Position numbers and translations under genes: made by a program. From an uncultured Planctomycetales bacterium (GTDB lineage: Bacteria; Omnitrophota; Gorgyraeia; Gygaellales; Profunditerraquicolaceae): 57,563 nucleotides of DNA. Under the pieces are notes generated by a model. That model ran no database searches and was not told the DNA's origin. It was given only the letters and a program-made list of their open reading frames with translations. Numbering within the stretch: the stretch's first letter is position 1; each line of letters opens with the position of its first letter. Positions 43,962-50,856 of this stretch are shown in pieces. The stretch covers positions 1 through 57,563 of the forward strand of contig CAZJFL010000002.1 of NCBI GenBank assembly GCA_964545575.1. Reading direction: 5' to 3'.

Positions 43962-45512
43962 TTAACTTAATGGCTTGTTGAGGTATTCAGGGATATCTTT
44001 GCCAAGCAGCGTATAAAAATTAGTCAAGTGCATCCTGAAGAGCCGGTCAAAGCTGCCGTCAGGATCTTCTCCTGCCCACCAGAACCAATCGCTTCCCTCC
44101 AGTATATACATTTGTTTATAGGCTAGTTCAGTGTTCAGTGTTCGGTGTTCAGTGCTTGCCAACTCTTTCCGGGCCAGCGCCAGCCACTCCCAGGCTTTAA
44201 CTTTTTTTGGGCTACCTATCCATTTGCTGAAATTGCCGTATATCCAGGAGCCTGCGCTCAAGCGCTTAATTTCATTTCTGGGGGGGTGAGTTTTTAGGTA
44301 TTCGCTTACGGTGGAAGTTTCAAGGAATGGGCTTTCCGACAATTTCCGGTAAAGCAGCTCCAGGAAGTCATGGCCGTCGCGGGGGTAATATTCCCAGGCA
44401 TTTTCTCCGTCCATGGCCACCGTAACCAGTATATCTTTATCCACAAAAGTATCGGCAATGATTTTTAAGTGCCCTAAGAAATCCGCTACCGCATCCGCGG
44501 CAGTAAGCCGGTGATAGACGAAGCCGATTAGATCAGAGAGGTTCCTGTCCCTAAAGACGATATTTAAGTTGCCCTCTTCTCTTTTTAAGAGGTGGGGTTG
44601 GTAAATTAGCGAAGCCTCCCTCCTCTTCTTTTTAAGCGACTTAAATAATATTGCCTCGTCCGCAACTATCCAGTTTATGCCGGCATTGATGATAAAAGGC
44701 AAGATGTGCTCGGATACGGATTCTTCCGAAGGCCACATCCCGCCGGGGGCTCTAGCGAAGAGGGATTTATGCAGCTCTACGGCTAAGGTTATCTGCTCCT
44801 TAGCATCTTGGGGATAGGCAAACTCTATCTTAGGCAGGATCGTTTTGGGGTTAGCTTCTTTGGCAATTTTGGTGCTGTAAAGCAGGGGCAATATCGGGTG
44901 GTAAAAAGGAGTGGTGGTAATTTCGATCTGGCCGCGTTCTTGGATTTTGCGATAAGCAGGTATGATTTCTTTTAAAGTCCCTAGCTGGATATCTAAAACC
45001 GAAAGCTTCTCCTCTTCGCTAAAAAATCTCCCTTTCTCAACTAATCTTTTTAATTCCGGGATGCGCTCTCTTAAGTCCGGGTCAAACCAGGCCAGGTTAA
45101 ACCAGGCCACCAGGTCCAGATAATCCTGGGTATTAAACTCCTTCGCGTTCCCTTTTTTAAAATATAACTCATAATAACGGGGGAAGAGCGAGATTACGGT
45201 CTCGGTGTTAATGCTGAAGAAGTTTTGCAGGATAAAGTTTTTATCCGCGCCGGTCAGTTCCCGGGCCGGTTTACGGGAAAGCTCAAGGTAACTATCTTTT
45301 ACCCGGCCGCCGCAATAATCCTCTATTTGTTCTAGCATAGATGGCACAAGGTTAAAGGTTTGCCTTATGGCGGGGTAATTCTCTAGGATCTCTACCATAT
45401 CCAGGTAATCTTTAATCCCGTGCAGGCGCACCCAGGGCGTATCCACCTCCTGGTTCAGGAGATTTTTGTAATAAGGCTGGTGCATGTGGTAGATGAAGGC
45501 TAGATATAGCAT
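43962..45512 (-). CDS. glycoside hydrolase family 57 (alpha-glucan-active enzyme)
   Basis: N-terminal YHMHQPYY and WVRLHGIKDY, a central GH57 catalytic region, and C-terminal EGSDWFWW. Confidence 0.9.
   Translation of the reverse strand: MLYLAFIYHMHQPYYKNLLNQEVDTPWVRLHGIKDYLDMVEILENYPAIRQTFNLVPSMLEQIEDYCGGRVKDSYLELSRKPARELTGADKNFILQNFFSINTETVISLFPRYYELYFKKGNAKEFNTQDYLDLVAWFNLAWFDPDLRERIPELKRLVEKGRFFSEEEKLSVLDIQLGTLKEIIPAYRKIQERGQIEITTTPFYHPILPLLYSTKIAKEANPKTILPKIEFAYPQDAKEQITLAVELHKSLFARAPGGMWPSEESVSEHILPFIINAGINWIVADEAILFKSLKKKRREASLIYQPHLLKREEGNLNIVFRDRNLSDLIGFVYHRLTAADAVADFLGHLKIIADTFVDKDILVTVAMDGENAWEYYPRDGHDFLELLYRKLSESPFLETSTVSEYLKTHPPRNEIKRLSAGSWIYGNFSKWIGSPKKVKAWEWLALARKELASTEHRTLNTELAYKQMYILEGSDWFWWAGEDPDGSFDRLFRMHLTNFYTLLGKDIPEYLNKPLS
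44126..44154. repeat. four tandem GTTCAGT/GTTCGGT heptamers inside the GH57 CDS
   Basis: The + strand reads GTTCAGTGTTCAGTGTTCGGTGTTCAGTG. On the coding strand it is translated in frame as TEHRTLNTEL. Confidence 0.8.
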
Positions 45513-45531
45513 AAATTAGCTTTGGGTTGAT

Positions 45532-45562
45532 GGTCTATAGTCTATGGTCTATAGTCGATAGT
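45532..45562. repeat. left 31-bp inverted-repeat arm (GGTCTAT/AGTCTAT heptamers) flanking the four-helix-bundle gene
   Basis: GGTCTATAGTCTATGGTCTATAGTCGATAGT matches the reverse complement of 45930-45960 at 27 of 31 positions (hand alignment). It abuts the stop codon. Confidence 0.85.
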
Positions 45563-45919
45563 TTATTTTTTCAAATAATTTTTAAAAGCGTGCAGCATTT
45601 TTGAAATTTGTTCACATTGGCCATAAAAAGAAGAAAATTCAGTTTGGCTCATATACTTTTGTTCTAAGCTTATATATAGAATAGTAACCACCTCATTTAG
45701 GGATCCTATAGCTATTTGGATAAAGCGGCGTAAATCCGCGTCAGAACCCCTGCCTTCTCCCTCTGCTATGTTTAAACTGATAGATACTGCGGCCCTGTTT
45801 AACTGTGCAGTTATCCCGAATTGCTCTTCTTTTGGAAATTTTTTCGTTAAGGTATAAATTTCGCTGGCGAATTTAACCGATTCTTTCCAAATTTTTAGCT
45901 CTTCAAATTTAAACGCCAT
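45563..45919 (-). CDS. four-helix-bundle protein (23S rRNA intervening-sequence protein / Avd-like family)
   Basis: ELKIWKESVKFASEIY...QLNRAAVSISLNIAEG...FIQIAIGSLNE pattern of the S23p/IVS family. Confidence 0.9.
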   Translation of the reverse strand: MAFKFEELKIWKESVKFASEIYTLTKKFPKEEQFGITAQLNRAAVSISLNIAEGEGRGSDADLRRFIQIAIGSLNEVVTILYISLEQKYMSQTEFSSFYGQCEQISKMLHAFKNYLKK

Positions 45920-45929
45920 ATTTGCCTTT

Positions 45930-45960
45930 ACTATAGACTATTGACTATCGACTATAGACC
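45930..45960. repeat. right 31-bp inverted-repeat arm
   Basis: ACTATAGACTATTGACTATCGACTATAGACC, located 10 nt upstream of the gene's ATG. Confidence 0.85.
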
Positions 45961-45979
45961 CAGCGCTATTAGCTGTCAA
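45951..45979 (-). promoter_or_regulatory. sigma70-like promoter whose -10 lies inside the repeat arm
   Basis: Minus strand: TTGACA, 17-nt spacer, TATAGT. Confidence 0.5.
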
Positions 45980-45983
45980 TAAT

Positions 45984-46016
45984 AAAAAACCCCCGGGGGA
46001 TTGCTCCCCCGAGGGT
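45984..46016 (-). terminator. rho-independent terminator of the porin gene
   Basis: Minus strand: GGGGGA-GCAA-TCCCCC stem-loop (with flanking G/C) followed by TTTTTT. Confidence 0.65.
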
Positions 46017-46038
46017 CTTGTTTATTACATTAGCTGTT

Positions 46039-47487
46039 TTAGAAAGTAACCTTCATCGAACCAATCATCTGGACAGCGTTTTCGTCGAATCTCCATATAC
46101 CATTTGCTGTTTTATCAAACGCGGTTCCCGGGTTGAAATATCCGAAAGTCAGGCCGAACTGCACATCTTCGGTGTAGTCGTAAGTAGTGGTAATATCAAG
46201 TGCCTGGCCGAGATATTTGTCATTATTGTCTGATAAGGAGTATACTCCTCCCAATCCGACTGGACCATAGGTTGATGGCACCCATCCAAAAGTGGGCTTT
46301 ACCCAGAGTAGGTAATAACCCCAGACACCGGATACGGTAACATCCTCCATCGGTTTAAAACTACCCTTAAGCGCAACGTATTGAGTGTTGGTATGGGGTA
46401 GAATAGCATTAGTGATGCTATTAATGGTCTGGTCTTCAAACATCGGGTCCCACATAGTGTATTTTTTATTGTCTTTCTTGTCTCCGCTCAGGATGCCGTA
46501 AATAACCCCGACTTGAGGGGAGTATTTGCTAATACGCGCAACATCCTTTAAGTCGTAGTTAGCAGTAAGCTGCAGCGCCCATGCCCTGCGTTTAGCATCA
46601 ACACTAGCAGTGAAGCCTTTCATATCGCCAACTAAGGGATTAGCAGCGTTTCCAAACTGAAAAGCGCCTTCTAAGCTGGCAGTAAGGTTATTGACGATTT
46701 GACCACGGGTCAAGAAACCAATGGTATGGACGGAATCTTTCTTTTGACCAAGGACGTAAGCTGGAGCTCTGTTCATTTTGCTAAACCAGTATATGTCAGT
46801 CGCTCCTTTAAACCCTAAGGCAGTCATGTCATAGCTGGCATTCATGCCATAGAGATCAACATCGTTTTTCTCGGGGGTACCTACACCTGGCCCCATCTGC
46901 ATCCACCAAATATCATTTTCCTGGATTTTGGAATAAATGACATCTACCACCAGAGGCTCGTAGTTTAAGGTTGCCCTCACAGCATCAAAGGATTTCCTTA
47001 AACTTAAGTCCCAGGGTATCTGCCATTCATTGGCTTCCGGAACACCATCTACGCGCGGCGAGTTGGTATCCACATCACCGATGATTAAAGCATTACCGAA
47101 CCTTAATTCCTGACGGCCTACGGTAAGGCTCAGCGGTGAATAAAGGAACTCTTTTAAGGTAACATATGCTAAATCAATACCTACGCCATCATCTCTTTCG
47201 TTAACTGCCAATGCTCCGTACCAATCGTTTCCCCATGTCCTTTCATTAATTAACCTGATGCATGCGGAAACATTATCGGTTAAGTCGGCATCAATTCTTA
47301 CGCGCACCTGCGAAATGAACCCTGAATCATGATATTTATAATCTTCGCTGAGGCTGAAGTTCTGCCTGTCAATTGCGCGCATAAGGATATCGCCGCTTAC
47401 CTTTATATTCTGGACCGCTGCGAATGCGCTGCTCAGTGAGCAGACCACAAACGCTATGGCCAGAACTAAAATTAAGCGTTTACCCAT
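46039..47487 (-). CDS. outer-membrane beta-barrel porin-like protein
   Basis: Signal peptide ending SSAFA, alternating beta-strand pattern, aromatic C-terminus (KVTF). Confidence 0.75.
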   Translation of the reverse strand: MGKRLILVLAIAFVVCSLSSAFAAVQNIKVSGDILMRAIDRQNFSLSEDYKYHDSGFISQVRVRIDADLTDNVSACIRLINERTWGNDWYGALAVNERDDGVGIDLAYVTLKEFLYSPLSLTVGRQELRFGNALIIGDVDTNSPRVDGVPEANEWQIPWDLSLRKSFDAVRATLNYEPLVVDVIYSKIQENDIWWMQMGPGVGTPEKNDVDLYGMNASYDMTALGFKGATDIYWFSKMNRAPAYVLGQKKDSVHTIGFLTRGQIVNNLTASLEGAFQFGNAANPLVGDMKGFTASVDAKRRAWALQLTANYDLKDVARISKYSPQVGVIYGILSGDKKDNKKYTMWDPMFEDQTINSITNAILPHTNTQYVALKGSFKPMEDVTVSGVWGYYLLWVKPTFGWVPSTYGPVGLGGVYSLSDNNDKYLGQALDITTTYDYTEDVQFGLTFGYFNPGTAFDKTANGIWRFDENAVQMIGSMKVTF

Positions 47488-47730
47488 TTTGTATATCCTC
47501 CTTTAATTTACAAAAATATAACTGCTATTGCCTTTGCTATATTTAACTAGGGAATTCTAAAATCTTTCCTAGAAAGTTACCTATCTATATGTATATCACT
47601 GGATTTCTCATGGCTCCAGGCTTTTTGTTTATACTCACCTCCTTTTGCCGCCTAAGATTAAAACCATATCCAGTGGTATATCCTATTTTGTTTCTTTTTA
47701 TCACATAACTCTTTAATTGTCAAGTGTTTT

Positions 47731-48384
47731 TTATAAAATTATCAATTTACCCAGGAATAACCCCAAATTCCGGTAGATTTTGGCGATATCCCTCGTTTTT
47801 AAGCCGGCTTTTCGGGCGATTTCGGCTAATTTAGCGGGTTTGGGGATATCTTGCGGCGAGTGGCTGTCGGTATTGACGATTAATTTAGCACCCAGCCTTA
47901 AGCCAGCCGCGGCAACATGGGCGTTAGTATTGCGGTGCCCGCGGCGGGCAGTGAGCTCTAAGAACACGCCCTTAAGCTTAGCCAGCTTAATATCCGCATC
48001 GGTAATTAATCCGGGGTGGGCTAAAATATCTATGCCTGCCTCCAAAGCGGCGCGGTTAGTCCCTTTGCGCACCGGCTCAGCCGGGGATTCGCCGTGCGCC
48101 ACAATAATCTTAATTCCCATTTTGCGCGCATAATTGCATAGCGGCTTAAATTGTTCCAAAGGCAGATGCGTCAGTTCAATCCCGGGCAAAACTTTTATTT
48201 TAGAAGTTTTAGGCCAATGTTTGGTAAATTTTAATATCGCTCGGGTTATAAATTCAATGTTACTGTAATCAGCGTGATCAGAGATTGCGATTACCTTATA
48301 GCCTAGCGCGGCATACCTAGCCGCAATTTCGGATGGCAATAGTAGGCCATCGCTTAGTAATGAGTGAGTATGCAGATCATACAT
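47731..48384 (-). CDS. PHP domain phosphoesterase (histidinol-phosphatase-like)
   Basis: MYDLHTHS, ISDHAD, AHG/AHPG, TDSH metal-ligand motifs. Confidence 0.85.
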   Translation of the reverse strand: MYDLHTHSLLSDGLLLPSEIAARYAALGYKVIAISDHADYSNIEFITRAILKFTKHWPKTSKIKVLPGIELTHLPLEQFKPLCNYARKMGIKIIVAHGESPAEPVRKGTNRAALEAGIDILAHPGLITDADIKLAKLKGVFLELTARRGHRNTNAHVAAAGLRLGAKLIVNTDSHSPQDIPKPAKLAEIARKAGLKTRDIAKIYRNLGLFLGKLIIL

Positions 48385-48418
48385 ATAAAATTTGTACCCT
48401 TATAAATGAGGGATAGAT

Positions 48419-48488
48419 TTTGCGGGTGGCACGGGGATGCTTCGCAGCGCATCTAGCGCAAGAAGCGCCCCGTGACAGGACCCGCAAA
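48419..48488. other. long GC-rich imperfect hairpin (about 25 bp paired)
   Basis: TTTGCGGGT pairs with ACCCGCAAA, CACGGGG with CCCCGTG, GCTTC with GAAGC, and GCGC with GCGC. Located between tRNA-Arg and the PHP gene. Confidence 0.4.
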
Positions 48489-48505
48489 CTTTATCCGAAT
48501 GTAAG

Positions 48506-48579
48506 CGCCCCTGGCAGGAATCGAACCTGCCACCCACAGTTTAGGAAACTGCTGCTCTATCCTTATGAGCTACAGGGGC
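48506..48579 (-). tRNA. tRNA-Arg (anticodon CCT)
   Basis: Hand fold: acceptor GCCCCTG/CAGGGGC, D arm GCTC-ATAAGGATA-GAGC, anticodon arm GCAGT-TTCCTAA-ACTGT, T arm GCAGG-TTCGATT-CCTGC, discriminator G. 74 nt. Confidence 0.9.
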
Positions 48580-48703
48580 GTTAATCTTTTTATATCCTGT
48601 AGTGAATCCGCCAACGCTTTGTGGCGGAGAGCTACAGGGGCGTTAATCTTTTTATATCCTGTAGTGAATCCGCCAACGCTTTGTGGCGGAGAGCTACAGG
48701 GGC
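48567..48703. repeat. 62-bp tandem repeat (two perfect copies plus a 13-nt partial) starting inside the tRNA-Arg 5' end
   Basis: 48567-48628 is identical to 48629-48690. 48691-48703 repeats the first 13 nt. Each unit contains tRNA positions 1-13 and a TCCGCCA/TGGCGGA hairpin. Confidence 0.9.
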
Positions 48704-49295
48704 TAATTTTAGAGAATAATTTACTAAAACATATTTTAAGGATCTCTTTCATATAGTCAGAGGTATACGGAACGTCTTCTTTTTCTTGGAAATACTGCCT
48801 GATCACTTTTAATTGATCAATCCCGTCATCATATCCTGTAATGTGGGTGCGGTAATTATCGAACGTACAACGGTTATGCATGTTCAACAAATACAGGAGC
48901 CCGCCCGGTTTTATTACCCGATGCAATTCCTGGACCGCCTTTTGGAATTTGGAGGCTTCTACGTGCTGAAGCACGTGCAAAGAGAAAGCAAAATCAACGG
49001 AATTGTCTTTAATCTTGCGCATTTTATCAAAATGAAACAGGTGTAATCGCGCGCGGTATTCCCTGGGGATATATTTTTTGCAATAGGTAAGCATTCTCTT
49101 TGACTCGTCTACTCCGTTAACCTCTACTCGCGGAAATTCCTTAAGTATCTCTTTAGATACGCGCCCGACTCCTATCCCAAAATCCAGGACTACGGCATCC
49201 TGTTTAATCCATCGCCTGAAATGAGCCATCTGCTCTTCGGTCTCTACCTCCCAGCGATAACCGGTATGTAGGGTACCTATATCCGAGAGGATCAT
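48570..49295 (-). CDS. class I SAM-dependent methyltransferase (C-terminal about 45 aa read through the tandem repeat)
   Basis: VVLDFGIGVGR (motif I), LHVLQHV, GGLLYL. The stop codon is TAG at tRNA-Arg positions 8-10. Confidence 0.8.
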   Translation of the reverse strand: MILSDIGTLHTGYRWEVETEEQMAHFRRWIKQDAVVLDFGIGVGRVSKEILKEFPRVEVNGVDESKRMLTYCKKYIPREYRARLHLFHFDKMRKIKDNSVDFAFSLHVLQHVEASKFQKAVQELHRVIKPGGLLYLLNMHNRCTFDNYRTHITGYDDGIDQLKVIRQYFQEKEDVPYTSDYMKEILKICFSKLFSKISPCSSPPQSVGGFTTGYKKINAPVALRHKALADSLQDIKRLTPL

Positions 49296-49431
49296 TTTTT
49301 TTGCGTCATCAAAGCAAAAGGGATAAAAAGCGCGCGTTGTTTTTTTAAGAAATGGCTTAAGTATCTTTTTGTGTATCTTTTCTATAATATTTATTTGACT
49401 CCTCCTCGTTTATTGTACCACTCTTAAATTG

Positions 49432-49956
49432 TCAATACTTTATCAATGAAAATACCGGATAATCTTTTAACTTATCTCTGCCTTTTAAATCCTCTAGCTC
49501 AATAAGAAAAGCAATACCGGCAATTTTTCCTTTTTGTTTTTTGACCAATTCGATTACCGCCTTTACCGTTCCTCCGGTAGCCAGCAGGTCATCGACAATC
49601 AGGATTTTATCCTCTGGCCGGATACTCTCATGATGCATCTCTAGGGTGTCGGTTCCGTACTCCAGGGCGTAGCTTACAGAATGTTTTTTCCAGGGGAGCT
49701 TTCCGCTTTTGCGCACCGGGACAAACCCGGCGCCTAATTTATGCGCCACGGCGCCGCCTAAAATAAAACCCCTTGCCTCTACCGCCACTACAGTATCGAT
49801 TTTTTTACCTTTGTATTTACCTGCCAGGGCATTCACCGCATATCTAAATGCGCCTTTGTTTTGTAATAAGGTAGTGATATCGCGGAAGAGGATTCCGGCT
49901 TTCGGAAAATCCGGGATGGTGCGGATATGGTGTTTTAATTCTATAGTTTTAGCCAT
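49432..49956 (-). CDS. apt: adenine phosphoribosyltransferase
   Basis: PDFPKAGILFRDIT and the ILIVDDLLATGGT PRPP motif. Confidence 0.93.
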   Translation of the reverse strand: MAKTIELKHHIRTIPDFPKAGILFRDITTLLQNKGAFRYAVNALAGKYKGKKIDTVVAVEARGFILGGAVAHKLGAGFVPVRKSGKLPWKKHSVSYALEYGTDTLEMHHESIRPEDKILIVDDLLATGGTVKAVIELVKKQKGKIAGIAFLIELEDLKGRDKLKDYPVFSLIKY

Positions 49957-50772
49957 CTAAAGCTCCTGCCTCTGAAACTCTATAAAGTCTCTTAGCTTCT
50001 GTAACGCCTGCTCTTCGATCTGGCGCACCCTTTCCCGGGAGAGCGAAAACTTTTTTGCCACTTCCGCCAGCGTATGCGGTTTGCCGTCTGCTAAGCCAAA
50101 GCGCATATCCAGAATCTCTCTCTCCCTCCTAGTCATTACCTCTAATAGGTTAGACACTCTTTCTTTGTCTAAGAGGCGTTCTATCCCGGCATCCGGAGAG
50201 GCGATATTCTGGTCTTCCACCAGATCAATGACCTGCCCCTCCCCTTCTTCCCCTACCGGCGCATCCAGGGAGGAGGTGCTGGTAGAGAGCCAGAAATTTA
50301 TCTGGGAGCTTTTTTCTTTATCGAGTTTCATAGCTTTGCTGAGCTCCGCATCGCTAGGCTGGCGTTTTAATTTTTGCGAGAGGCGTTCCTTGGTCTTTTT
50401 CCATTTAGTGATCAATTCGTTCATGTAAACCGGCACGCGGATAGTCTTACCGTGCTCGGAAATAAAACGGGTGACCCCCTGTTTTATCCACCAGGCAGCA
50501 TAGGTGGAAAAACGGTAGCCTTTTTTGTGGTCGAACTTATCCACCGCCTTCATCAACCCGAGGTTCCCTTCTTCGATTAAATCCAGAAGCGGAACACCCA
50601 AATACATATAGCGCTTGGCAATATTGATCACCAGGCGCAGGTTTGAGCGGATCATCTCCTTGCGCGCCTGTTCGTCCCCTCTCTTGATGCGTTTGTTTAA
50701 GGTTATTTCCTGCTCTGCAGTCAAAAGCGGTATATCGCGGATTTCTTTAAGGTAAGTTTTGAGGGCTTCCAT
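49957..50772 (-). CDS. sigma-70 family RNA polymerase sigma factor (short RpoD/RpoS-like)
   Basis: Regions 1.2 to 4 are present: YLKEIRDIPLLTAEQE, DLIEEGNLGLMKAVDKFD, FSTYAAWWI, TLAEVAKKFSLSRERVRQIE. Confidence 0.9.
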   Translation of the reverse strand: MEALKTYLKEIRDIPLLTAEQEITLNKRIKRGDEQARKEMIRSNLRLVINIAKRYMYLGVPLLDLIEEGNLGLMKAVDKFDHKKGYRFSTYAAWWIKQGVTRFISEHGKTIRVPVYMNELITKWKKTKERLSQKLKRQPSDAELSKAMKLDKEKSSQINFWLSTSTSSLDAPVGEEGEGQVIDLVEDQNIASPDAGIERLLDKERVSNLLEVMTRREREILDMRFGLADGKPHTLAEVAKKFSLSRERVRQIEEQALQKLRDFIEFQRQEL

Positions 50773-50856
50773 GGTTTAGTTCAGGGTTCAGGGTTCAGAG
50801 TTCAGAGTTCATAATCAAGTCGACTATGGACAAAGAACACTGAACTATGAACTAAC
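50773..50856. repeat. GTTCAGN-heptamer hairpin element filling the ppdK-sigma spacer
   Basis: Left arm is GTTCAGG x2, GTTCAGA x2, then GTTCAT. A 22-nt spacer follows. Right arm is GAACACTGAACTATGAACTAAC. Confidence 0.8.

Noticed and set aside
45563-45919. Considered whether the four-helix-bundle gene is an Avd component of a diversity-generating retroelement.
   Set aside because: No reverse transcriptase ORF and no template/variable repeat pair are visible within the window. The flanking repeats are heptamer-built inverted repeats, not TR/VR.
47488-47730. The 243-nt untranslated region upstream of the porin gene, examined for a riboswitch, small ORF or sRNA.
   Set aside because: I found only a weak TTGACA-17-TAAAAA promoter-like site and an AAGGAGGTGA sequence with no start codon at suitable spacing. 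There is no convincing conserved structure that I can recognise by eye.
48567-48703. Considered whether the tandem repeat is a small CRISPR array.
   Set aside because: The units are directly adjacent with no unique spacers. There are only about 2.2 copies, the unit contains a tRNA fragment, and no cas genes are in the window.
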